This document shows, in pieces, positions 51,852 through 64,000 of a stretch of 64,000 nucleotides of DNA. The stretch covers positions 14,944,001 to 15,008,000 of the forward strand of contig NC_087251.1 in assembly GCF_037042905.1 (NCBI RefSeq), given 5' to 3'. The DNA comes from Lytechinus pictus (Eukaryota). The number at the start of each line of letters is the position of its first letter. Within the stretch, counting starts at the first letter, position 1. The position numbers and the translations under genes were made by a program. The notes below the pieces were generated by a model. That model was not told the DNA's origin. It did no database searches and worked only from the letters and a program-made list of their open reading frames with translations.

Positions 51852-52045
51852 TAAGCATAATAGCTCCATGGTATAAGGCAGTGAATATTCATTCTCTTGA
51901 ACCTTATTATGAGCCTAATGGGTAGCATTAAAGAAATCTGCGCTTGCAGAAAGTTAGTACCTACCCTTTCCATGTGAGGTACAGTTTACATTCTTAAAAA
52001 TTCTTTACACGTAAATCCAATGTAAATTTGTTCTATGCTCAGAAG

Positions 52046-52830
52046 CAGAGGCGTCGATCCTGGGGGGGGGGGCAGGGGGGGGCGATCGCCCCACCAATGA
52101 AAATATTGGGGGGCAAACATATTGTTTTGCTCCCCCAATAATTCCGGATGTGCAAAATTAAAATAAGATTGTAATGTTCAGTAAGCGAGATTGAGATACA
52201 CAACTCGTTCTTTATTTCAAATCGTTCTCAAAATGTCTGCTTTTCAGATTGGAATATAAAAATTTTCAGCTCGCGCTTCGCGCTCGCATCATTTCTGTAG
52301 CAAAAACCCATACTTTTCATGATTAAATAGGTGAATAGAATGTCCCGTTTTCAATGCTAAACCTCAAATGGAACCCCCGCTTCGCTTTGCAATAATCTTA
52401 TGTTGGATATATAGCTTGTTCTTTATCAAAAACGTCCATTAACTGTCAATTTTTTTCAGGTCGAAATATCAACATTTTCAGCTCGCATCTTTTGTTCTTT
52501 TAGATACCAATCTTATTCATTGGTACCAATAATGCTTAGAATATTAAGCTTTCAGGTCAGAATATAAAAAAATTTCAGTCCTAAACAAGTACCCTTTTCC
52601 TGTTTTAAGTTCAGTATGCTAAAAAAAATTCAGCTCGCGCTCGCATTAGTTTGTTGGTGAGATATGTGTCGGTATCTCATAAGTCATATATATATATATA
52701 TACATATATATGCCTATGTGTGTGTGTGTGTGTGCGTGGGTGAGGTTGTTTGTTTTGTATGATCGAGCGCCTTTGGAACTTGATTCATGATTTTGCCCCC
52801 CCCAATCTGAAAAATGGATCAACGCCCCTG
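52046..52830. mobile_element. hAT-like MITE
   Basis: TIR cagaggcgtcgatcc / ggatcaacgcccctg, perfect 8-bp TSD ctcagaag. Confidence 0.88.
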
Positions 52831-55800
52831 CTCAGAAGTAGAACTATGTCTGCAAATTTGAGGGCCATCTTTTTTTTTTTACTTTTTTTTTTAAATGTTA
52901 TTTATGCAATGGCATAATTTCAAATTTAAAAAAGGTTACTCATGCAGACATCACTTTTTTTTATAAGTTGAAGGAACTCCAAAATGTCCACATTAAATTA
53001 GAGGACCTGAGAACTTGTCTTGTATGGTATTAAAATAAAATTTTGCCGTTTTTCCCGATTATTACCTGTATTGCTTTTGAATATGGTTTTTCATGAGAAA
53101 GTTGTCTCATGCCCACATGTTATTATTTCCCACGAGGAAACTTACCATTATAATATCCAAGAAATTTTGTACATATAGGAAAGAAAAAACCCAGATCGAC
53201 TAGTTTGGTTTGTTATAAAATATTCATCTTTAGTATTTATTTCCTTTTCATACATTTCTGATTGATGAACATTGTGTACATGAATATTACATCAAATTTA
53301 ACTCTAGATTGTCAGATCTTAGGTGCAGATTCACAATTGAAGGAAAAATAAAATATTTCAAGCTATATGAAATAAATAACTATTCCTCCATGAAGAAATA
53401 ATTTTGGTAATTTCAGAAGTTCACTTATTGAAATATAAGTATCTTCATTCAAATAATCATAATGCTAATTATTGAACTCATCATCACTGGCAGCTGGCTG
53501 AAATACAAATAATTATACAACATAACACGATTAAAACAGTACCTACATAGAACAGGAATGGCAATATGAAACACACAATTCAATTTTAACAAATAACATG
53601 CCATTTCTGGTTCTTTTGACAGTCTGTAGTGTAATGCTCTCAAATGATCATGACTTGGTCAGTTTATGAAGTGAAGTAAAACTTGAGAAAAATGGGGGTC
53701 AGATGTATAAAAATGTTGAGTATTTCACGAAAGAGAGTCAAAATAATATCTGAGAAGGGGGGGGGGGTAGGAAGAGGAAACGAGACAACTAGACTGACCC
53801 ATTCAACAACATATAAGATAACATTAAAAAAATCATGAAAATAATCTTGGTGCACTTCTGGGAAATACTTGAATGCTTAGAGTAGACCGTGTATAATATC
53901 CTGTAGAATTTCTGTGTATTCTTCACTCTGATTGTGTTACCTCTTCAGAGCCTTGAAAAAGCAGATATCTATACTAACACATACATGTACTTGTGGTCTA
54001 CGCATGGATGTGAGTGATCACAAATGAAAATAGCTGAAATTGCATAAGCTCCAATACTTTTGTCAAGACAAAGTACACAAAAAGCTATAAAAAAAAAATA
54101 ATAGCTATAGCAGAGTCAGAGAGAATATTTGGACATGCCATATAAAGCTGTGATGTAATTATACTTTTATTACACTAATGGTCACAACAGTGCCTAGATA
54201 TTTCAACACCCAAAGGGCAAAGCAGTTTTCAGTATTGTTTGTATTTATATAATACATTTTCAAATAAAAAATTCCATTCGATACAAACATGATGCAATAA
54301 GGGTTAAACTAAAATTCTGCAAAAATTTTCAGCCAACGTACTTGTAAACTTTGAATCAAGGAATAGTTTATTCTAAAACATAACACAGTACTATATATTT
54401 GTAGAAATAACATGAATATGAAATATAGCATATATACACCATACGAAAATAAAACAAATCTGATAGAAAAAAACAGCTAACCACCTATACCTTGACATTT
54501 TGAAAAGTAATTCATACACACACATCAGTGTACATAGCTACCTGTATATGTATGGTGTATAACTTCTTTATATAGAATACACAATTTATAATGGCTATTT
54601 GCACACATACTCGTATAGAGGATGAATAATATATTGTGTATGATTACACAAAAAACAATATCGAATCTGGACAGAGTTTCATGAAATCTCAGGTTTTTTG
54701 TGGTTTGTGAGTTACGCATAACTTTACACGCAACTGGTGACCCATTTTTTGTGACAATTGAGATAACCGAAATGATTGCCATGAAAGTGGAATTGTGACC
54801 CTCCACATGATAGCTCACTTTTGATTAGCCATTGGAGATGTGGTTTCAAAAATATAGCGTAAGGAACAAATGTAAAAGTTGCGAGTTGATTTTGGGGGGT
54901 TTTACATAATTATACCTAGGTTTAACTCTAGGCTTGACAAGAATTGAAGTCCACACATGGAATGCTAGCTTTCGGTATCCTAATTCAAATAAATATGATA
55001 ATGTACTAAAGATTTCATTGAAATCAAAACTTGTACATGTATACTCATTACATTTTCTTTGCATTTTACCTTAAATAACAAGTTTTGGCAATTTATTTTT
55101 ACTGTATGATTTAAATAGTAAATGAGAGCTCTGGCACCTTAGAAAACTGTTGTCTACCTGAGGTGAATTAATTAGTGCTATGAAAGTATCAATTATTACC
55201 AGAATGAGGCATTTTGGAGACAAGATATAAACATGTATTTTGGTTGTCTGATTGATTAACTCAACACAAATTACATCACAATGGTCCAGCCAGGGTTCAA
55301 CTGAATGATTAGGGACCATAATATTCATACACCCTACTTCGCGAATTTTGTCTTTTTCCTATTGCACCTATGTAGTAAATTATCGGTCCGTAATATCCGT
55401 ATTCCCATTTTATCAAGCGCAAGACTTGTACGCATAAAGTGTATCTACATGCCATGCATGATGCACACCTGTGCTGCTTTACACTTCACGTCACAATTAC
55501 TTAGCCAGGATTACATCATCAAATTCACGAACAACCTGAATTCAGAAGTACCAACCGGCAAAAAGGCATGAATTGCTGCAAATAAAAGCTTAAATTACAC
55601 ATCATACAGTTGCAGGCCTATAGGTAATAATAATAATAATGACTGGCTTTAATTTTCGGGAGAAGCCATATATTTCGATCAATAGGCCCATATTGCCCTC
55701 GTCAAGACTCGGGCATTGTGAGACTACTTCAGGAAATATATATGGTATCTCTCTCAAAGCCAATCAATATTATATATATGTTCTTTTGCAAGGAGTTGTG

Positions 55801-57704
55801 TATCTTGAATGATTCAACAAACACAGGTCAATATGGAACTTGTCAATTTGAGTTTAATCCCACATTTCAAAGCAATGCACCACCATATTGTCATAATATT
55901 GTGACTTTCATATACTATGCCACTATTGAAGAGAAGGAAGGTGTTTACAAACTAATATCTCCAAACCAGTTTTTAACATTGATAGTAACCTATTTTTTTA
56001 ATACAGATACCAATCATACCACTCACCCAATTTCTATTGGCAATGAGTAGCAGCTCTGAGACTCTGAATTCAAAGAAAATGCCTTTTATCATATTGCACA
56101 CATTTGAACAGGTTATGCGAAGGGTCTTCAACAATATTACAAACATGTTATTACAGTGTACATATATATGTCAACAAGTAATTTGAATTAATCTTTGAAT
56201 CCTTATCTATATATTTATATTTCAGAGAGTACGTTTCAGAATTAACAACACAGGCAACTATAAACAATACTTTGATAACATGTCATTACAGACAACCATT
56301 TGTGATCATCTTGGTTATTTGCAAAAATATTTGTAGACGTATATATACTCGATCTAAGTATTCTAGGTTTGTAAAATTAGGTGTATTTCTGAGAACTCTT
56401 TGAATACATAATCTTGTTTCTTTGATCAGTATTTTTCATGATGAACATCTATTCAAAATTCAAGAATAATTGGATACAGGTATACTGTAGAATATAACAA
56501 CCGTCAGTATTCATCTGAAAGTTAACTTACATTTTACAACATATTAGGTAACTCATGGGTTTAATCTAAACATTTAATAACCTATGATTTTTTTAGTCCT
56601 GCAGCATAATAACATGAGTTGAAAAAAGAGCACACCAGTCATGCAATGTAGATGCTGTTTCACAATTCATCATGTTACCAAGAAGGAAAGATGACTAAAT
56701 ACTAATGCACAATTTCAGACAAAGAACTTAACAGCACTCAGAACAAATCTCACTTTACTCTATTATACAAAGCTGCATCAAGAACAAGCACAATACAAAT
56801 AAGACTGTGGGCCTGATGGGAAAATAACTAAAATTATAACGATAATAAAAATAATAATCATAGTTTCCTTTAACTTTAACAAAATATACATACACACTAT
56901 CCCCCTTCCCTGAATAAAAAAAGAACAGATGAGAAAATACAAGAAAATAGTATTTTGTTAAAGAAACAGCTGGGTTTGTACAAAAAAGTTACAATGCTAA
57001 GAACTTGAAAAAATTGATGACAGTGACACTCTAGTAATATTCAGCATGTGATGGCAGTGTGTGTCCGTTTGCATCAAGTGTTTGCATTACGAGATGTTCT
57101 TAACCAAACATAAAGGTACCTAGACAAAAGTCTGAACTTCATCTTTTAGTGGCAAACACACTCGGCTTTTTCCTTTCTAATCCTCCCTTTTCAGCATACA
57201 CAAAACAAAAGAGAATATAGGAATGCCGCATTGAAATATAATAATGATAATAACGGTATATTTACCCAGGGTAGCCACTTCAGTTCCGAAAACTGTTCTC
57301 CCAACGGGCCCTGCTATTAGATACTGAGTGGACTTCCTGCTCAAAGACATGGCACAGAATTTGGTAAGTAACTTAAAGCAGAAATGATAACTGTTCCTGT
57401 TGGCAGTATTTAAAACTACTTTTTATTGAAAATACTGCAGGTTTCATGATCTATACTTCGTTCCAAAATCGCACATGTCTATTGCAGCAAAAGTGGGAAA
57501 ATACTGTTTTACCACCAAAAATACTTTTGTTTAATCCATAGTAAGGCATACTTCAATTTATTTTACAAGGTTGGCATCTCTGCTAAAAAAAAGGAACCTT
57601 TGTTTAAGAATAAGATCATCTTGAACACATACATAGTCGTAACATTAATGTAATATCACCTGTATCTTCATTACATTCATATCGAATAAGAATTTTTGTA
57701 GAAA

Positions 57705-57809
57705 CTACCGATCAAACGTCCGCACCATGATCTGTCTGACCTCTTCTTGGTGTAGCGTTGCCGTGCCAACAGCAGGAACTCCAAGAACATCTCTCCCAGC
57801 ATACGCAAG
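57705..57809 (-). CDS. DHTKD1: DHTKD1 terminal coding exon
   Basis: [34 protein letters not shown]. Confidence 0.92.
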   Translation of the reverse strand, partial: LAYAGRDVLGVPAVGTATLHQEEVRQIMVRTFDR

Positions 57810-60800
57810 CTGTAAATACCAATTTTTAGGAAAACACAAGATGTTATTATTTTGATATTTTCCCTAAATGTAAAGTCTAATCTTGTTTTATATATAAAGG
57901 TCATCCTAAATCCTCTATTGATCAGCCATATCCCCAGGCCAGCTTTCTTCTTTAAAACTAATCATCAGCACCATTTATGGGCAATTTTTAATCTTGGGAG
58001 CATTTCATGAAACAGATATCCTCTCGATTTTCACTTACCATTGTTATAAGCTACTGAAAGCATTGCATCTGATTGGTTCAAAGTAAATTTGTTAGTGAAA
58101 ATCACTATTTGTTTCACAAAACACTCCCCTTATTTCATTCCATTTTCATTTCAAAGTCACAGAACCATTGATAACTCACAATCACCAGCATGGAGGAATT
58201 ACACATTTTATAATGAATACCGGTAGATCTCTCGACCATATAAACCTTACTAGCAATGGCTTCCCACTCCATTTTGCCACATAACTGGAAGGGTGCCTGC
58301 CTCTCTGTGGCCATACCATTGAGGCCGGACTCTAGAGTGCACAAGGTTTGTACACTTTCTATATTTTTGTATGGCAGAAAATGCAACCTTCAAACATCCT
58401 TTTAGTTTGCAGGACTTATCCAGGCAAACAATTTGTTTATTTGTCAAAATGGTCAAATCTATAAATATAAGTCATTTTACATTGTTGAAAAAAATATTTC
58501 CATGAAATTTTAAGAGAAATAGATCTAAAACTGCCTCATATCACTGATTTCACCCTGATTGTTGGCTTCAATTCAAAATATCCCACTAATCCAACAATGT
58601 CCTTATCATCACAAAACTTTTTAAATGAATTAGGTGTTGGGGAAAATATGTAAGTTAAAACTAAAACCAAACTGATTTATTACATATGTTAATTAAGCAA
58701 GAGTGCTATAAATGTAGAAGAGTATAACAGTCACAAATCATTAGAATATTCGACTTTGTAAACTCTGGATCAATCACTGATATTCAACTCAGATTTATAT
58801 GTGTTACAAGACCACTTCATTGCAAAGCTGAGCTATCTTGTCATTGCTGTTTTATCTTATATTGATTTTCACATACCTTATACCCAACAAGGTTTTCAAA
58901 GCGAGGTGCTACAAAGGACCACGCCCCCATATTCTTGTGTTCCTCTTGACTCCAAACATAATCTGAGAGGAAAAAAAATCAATGATATAGATTCATTTCA
59001 GTAACAAAAATATGATGATTTCCAATCAATGTTATATCTATATCCGTTGATCAATATCTGATCTATGGCATAACAATATCTATTCCATGTAGGACAACAT
59101 AAAGACATAAGATTGCCTGTCTGCAAATTTCTCAGAGTAATATATCTATTCACTTTTAATCAAGAGCGTATGTCTATTTATTTATGAATATAGTACATAC
59201 ATCTCATCTTTGGCAAGACAGCATAATTATACACATCACACATTGCATGATGCAATGACTACTACCACCATGACTAGATTTAGAGTTACGGAAAATCTGA
59301 AATTGACAAGTTCCAAATTGACCTGTGTTTGTTGAATCATTCAAGATACACAACTCCTTGCAAAAGAACATATATATAATATTGATGGCTTTGAGAGACA
59401 ATCCATCAGAATCTCATATTTGGTATAAGGTAAGCTGTCAAACACAGAACAGTAGCTCCAACTAGACAATTTATCCCCACAACCACAATATAGCTATTCT
59501 GTCCACTCGTCAATCATTTTTGTCTGACATTTAATCATACCATCCACCCATCAGTATCTCACCTTTGGCATTAGTATATCTACTTAAAACACTTTGCAGG
59601 ACATCAGCTGGGAAGGGGCATAGAGACTCGACCCTCACTATGGCTATATCATGAGCCTGTCTGCTCTCCCTCTCCTTCTGAAGGGCATAATAGTGCTTTC
59701 CACAGCATATAATAACCTTCTGGATACTGTATTTACAATAAAAAAAAGGTTGTGATATAAAAATTAGAGGCTGACTAATCACTGGAGTCAAATAACAGAC
59801 TCAGATATTTCTTTTAGTGTACTTGCAAAATTTTCAATTAAATTGAAGTTAATACATGCATAAACATACTTCAAACAAGAGGAAGTGAACAGTTGAATAC
59901 CTGTAGTTTTTATACAACATATTTCCTTTAAAAAAAAACAAATATTTCATGATACCTCATAACAAACATTCTTTCTGATGTTTACAAAGAAGACAATTGT
60001 ATTTTGGGTATGAGATTTTATACTTGTAGTAACTTCTCTTATACTGCCAGGTAGTAAATTCTGGATTGGCAACCTGGAGTATAATCAAAATACAAATACC
60101 ATCATGTTATTTACTCAATGAGTTAAATAAGTTTATACTATGACAAAAAAACACCCTTATTTCCATATATGCATACGGAATTAAACTTTATTCGCAGACT
60201 TAATAAAGCACACATTGATTTATAAACAGTAAAAATCTGAAATATTAAATGCTTTATCACTGAACAACTACAAAGATTCTCCACAGGGCAGGCAAATCAA
60301 ATCTATAATAATGATAATGATAATAATAATTTTATATACCGCAAATCGCAAATTGCCTTTACCATAGCAAGATGAGAAGTGTATTATACATTCAACTTCA
60401 TTGTAAATTACACCAAAATACGAGCTTGCATGAGAAATAATTGTTGATATTGTAGGCCTGCACATAATGGGTGCCAGTCTGTGGACTATTCGTTATTGGT
60501 ATTTAAAAAGAATAGCATTCCATAATAATCTATACATATCAGTAGAAAAACCTTGAATGAAAAATGATGGCCTTTATCAAATGGAGGTATGCTCATTCTT
60601 TTTTTTCAATAACTTATCTGTTCCGAGAGAGTTCACTCCAATGTATAATATTACTATAATGTTACTGTATCACATACCTTTTAGGATCAGTAGTCTGGTC
60701 ATCTATAACTGGTCTAAAACTAGTTCCAGGACCCATCTCCGAGAGGTCTGAAGTGGCAGCTGGAAGACGTAGAAGGATCTTTGGAGAGGCCATGATCAAA

Positions 60801-63431
60801 GGCTTCCTGTAGTTACGGACCATCTGACATGGAAAGAATTGAACCAATCAAAACATCACTCAAGTTTGCCATCTAATTATACTGAAGACCTTCATTAATG
60901 ATTATAAAAAAGCATATTCTCCTTTTGCTTAACCCTTACACCCTCATTATTTTTATACCTTGTGCTTTGTCATTTTAATTCTTATATTTATCTCACCTTA
61001 CATATTACTTATATAAACTTTGTAATGTGTTTTCATGATGAGTGTTAAATAAAATCTGAATTTGAATGAAAAGTAACATATAAATGGAAATCCTTTGTTC
61101 ATAAAAGGAGAGCAAGGATACAAAAGTTCGGTTTGTATTAGCAATAGATCTCCATATAAAGATTTACTGCACCAGATTAGTTAATGCAGTGTTCAACAAA
61201 AGTGAGTATATCCCTTAGAAATACAGTGCAGCTCTTCACAACAATAATTCACTGAACTCAAACAATAAATAAAGAATTTTAAGACTATGACATGAACATT
61301 TATTCTTATAGAGGATGCATATAAAATTGTGCTTATTAATCAACATATCCATAAGGGATACAGTGTTTTGCATGACATGACCATTGCTCAAATACAAAGC
61401 TACACAATAGTGTAGGAGGTTTCACAGTACACCATGTATCTTTTGGGGGGCAGGTGCTGGTCCTGAAAAGGGCCACCCAAAATGACTTTTGGTGGTCCTT
61501 TTTTAGGACCTACACCTGCCCAAGAAAGATACATGGTGCACTGTGAAACCTACTACACTATTCTTTTTCGCCCCCTTCAGAAGTTAAAGCTACACAATTT
61601 TCATGACTATAATGCCTCTGAATTAATCTTAAATTAAATCTCCAAAACAATTGAAGATGCTAGTTCTGTTCAACGTGGGTAAATGCATTAAAGTTATCAA
61701 CTGAATTTGCTCCACTTTTGCAGTAGCTCAACTTTCCTCCACCATCCTATACGCACCTGTCGTCGTAGAATATGAAAGTACTGAGCTGGTGTTGTTGGGT
61801 TGGCAATCTGCACATTGACATTGTCTCCATCCACTCTCTCATCGCTGCTGTCACAAGCCTGAAGGAATCGCTCAAGACGACAGGAAGAGTGCTCGGGGCC
61901 AGCTCCATCAAAGCCATGGGGAAGCAGCATGACGAGACTACTTTGAAGAAGCCATTTTACTGCATGGGGGGTAAGAAGAAAAGTCAAAGTGAGGGCAAAT
62001 GAAAATGAATCATCACATGGTATTGGGTCCAAGGAATCTTTGCCTCCTATTGCGGTCCTTGCAATAACTTTGTTTAAATTCTTCTTTAACATTTTTGTAT
62101 TAAACTGAACATGATTACGGAAGGACCGCAATAATAATAATAATAATTGGCATTTATATAGCGCTTCATCAATCTACGACTGTTCAAAGCGCTTCAAAAT
62201 TATTATTACCCGGTCACTGGAATCATAGCATTCCAAGCAGCCTGTTAGGCGCAAACTTGCTAAACCAACCACAATGACGGTTGTTTCCTACCGGTACCCA
62301 ATTAGCACCTGGGTGAGAGTGGCAAAGTGTGGCAATAACTTTGTTTAGTTTTAAATACTTCTTTAACTTTTTTTTATTAAACTGAACATGATTTCGAAAG
62401 TTACACTGCACATTTATATTGAAAATATACCTAAAGGAAAACGACCCAAACACTTTAAACATTTAAAAGTAAAGTTCTTCATGCAGTGTTCCAGTCGTAA
62501 GTGATAAAAGTAAATAAAAATACTGTGTACATGAAATTAACATTTCTGCATTCAAACAACAAATTAACTACTGGCAACTAGATGTATTACAATTCTATTA
62601 TTCTTGCATTTGTCAGTGAACAACAAAAATCAATAATATAATGCTTACACTCTCCAGGAAAGATGTAGGTATCAATGATTGTCTGAGCAGCATTGAAGAA
62701 ATCACCGAACTGAGCCTCCCATATAACCATCAGATTAGGAGTCTCTATGCTCATCCCATACTCGAAACCTAACACAGCTTCTTCTGACAGTGGACTGTTT
62801 GCAACCTAGCCGTAAGTATGAAGGGGGGGGGGGAAAGGGGTTTTAGTTATAGTGGAAACTTTTAACCCAAAGAGGGATACAGCATTTATCAGGTCAGATT
62901 TACTCTCTTTATGCTCATAAAATCAGCAATAATCATTATTTTATATTCATTTTTGTAATGAAAAAATAATGGATTTAAAACAAGTTTAATTATTGAAGAA
63001 CAATTGGAACAAAAACTTGCATTTTGCAGTGATTCTGTCATTTCATTGTATTGTCAATTCAGAGGGTGTTATGATCAGCTTATGTTAATTGGCTTTTCAT
63101 CAGGAATGGCACCACATAATGCACATATAATAATTTCATATTTTCAATATATTTTTCTGTTTCTAATCATAATCTATGTTAGGTTACTAGCATTCAAGAT
63201 AAGTAGATTATTAAAATTTACTTTGGTTTCTCCTTTTATTTCTAAAGCTTATTCCTGCAATATAATCCGAGTATCAATATCATATCATTACCTCAAAGAA
63301 ACCTCTTTGTGATTGATCGATGTGGTTGAGTGGTATGTGGATACTGTCATTATCTTGATCAACCAGCATGGCATGACGATGACTGAAGGTACCCCGCCCT
63401 ACATCCTGACCACTTAGTCTCACATTGAATC
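57705..63431 (-). CDS. DHTKD1: 2-oxoadipate dehydrogenase E1 (DHTKD1), 3' portion, gene continues past window end
   Basis: complement join(63292..63431,62649..62805,61757..61959,60678..60823,59563..59726,58877..58962,57705..57809). Motifs [80 protein letters not shown] and [10 protein letters not shown] favour DHTKD1 over OGDH. Confidence 0.93.
58877..58962 (-). CDS. DHTKD1: DHTKD1 exon
   Basis: [29 protein letters not shown]. Confidence 0.94.
59563..59726 (-). CDS. DHTKD1: DHTKD1 exon
   Basis: [13 protein letters not shown]...RVESLCPFP. Confidence 0.94.
60678..60823 (-). CDS. DHTKD1: DHTKD1 exon
   Basis: [21 protein letters not shown]... Confidence 0.94.
61406..61562. repeat. Palindrome of about 155 bp, possible Penelope-like or MITE remnant
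   Basis: Arms aatagtgtagg..catgtatctt..ggtcct / aggacc..aagatacatg..ctacactatt. Confidence 0.65.
61757..61959 (-). CDS. DHTKD1: DHTKD1 exon
   Basis: [25 protein letters not shown]...YFHILRRQ. Confidence 0.95.
62131..62331 (-). mobile_element. 5'-truncated SINE with (TAT)n tail
   Basis: On - strand ccacactttgccactctcacccaggtg...gggtaccgg body, ending aagcgctatataaatgcc plus (tat)n. Confidence 0.6.
62649..62805 (-). CDS. DHTKD1: DHTKD1 exon
   Basis: [19 protein letters not shown]...[13 protein letters not shown]. Confidence 0.95.
63292..63431 (-). CDS. DHTKD1: DHTKD1 exon
   Basis: [26 protein letters not shown]...GFFE. Confidence 0.94.
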
Positions 63432-64000
63432 CTGATTGGGGGGAGGAGGAAGGTAAATATTAGTGAACAAAAACAGTTCAACCAGAATCTCATGATCTTT
63501 TATCAGGGATAGCACTTACAATTTATATAAAAGCCTGGGAATAAACTTTTTTTTAAACAAAGTATATATTATCAATGGCCTAAAATAATCTGAATCACAC
63601 TTGCTTTCCTAGACTAATCTAGCCCAGATCGATAAAGGAAGTGATCCAAATGATCACCTGGGAAAATCTCAAGGACTAAACTTGTGTTATGGATGTGTTA
63701 TGGTTTTTTTGTATTTTTTACCAATCACATAGAGCCAAATCGTTACGTGGTCTTTTATATCTGGACCAAGACAGAAAACCAAACATTGCAAGCTTCAAAG
63801 ACTAGTCCATGAATGACTACAAAATAGAATTCATATTAGGATGCAATCTTTGTTAGGATGTAACTGTGTCCTTTGCAGAAACGTCTATGTATTGAAAAGC
63901 CAGACAGATGTCTACCATTTGCGTTGTGTGAAACATTGACCCCAATGTTCAACACATAAAGGTGCTGCAGATGGTGTAACTACAAACCTTATCCTACACT

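Noticed and set aside
1..64000. Autonomous transposase/RT genes, tRNA or rRNA genes
   Set aside because: No long ORF (longest 144 aa) and no recognisable structural RNA seen by eye. A covariance-model scan was not run.

Overview
AT-rich, intron-rich animal genomic DNA. The MITE/SINE landscape and gene content suggest an invertebrate deuterostome, probably a sea urchin (inference). Four spliced genes were reconstructed by hand from GT-AG boundaries and reading phase: (1) a complete estrogen-related receptor ERR/NR3B on + (8 coding exons, 2526-17933, 417 aa); (2) a MacroD-type ADP-ribosylhydrolase on - (8 coding exons found, 41877-30095, start codon unresolved); (3) RNase H2 subunit C on + (5 coding exons, 46138-49254, 151 aa), head-to-head with MacroD; (4) the 3' seven exons of DHTKD1 on - (63431-57705). 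Introns and UTRs hold many non-autonomous transposons, several nested. Main leads: a hairpin-ended element whose central loop occurs in flip and flop orientations and which forms head-to-tail tandems; an ERR ligand pocket and AF-2 with unusual substitutions; transposon-borne ERRE/DR1 arrays inside the ERR gene; a 67-aa charged insertion and a 21-nt microexon in MacroD; and ERR-MACROD-RNASEH2C linkage echoing human 11q13. All coordinates were read by eye and no searches were run.
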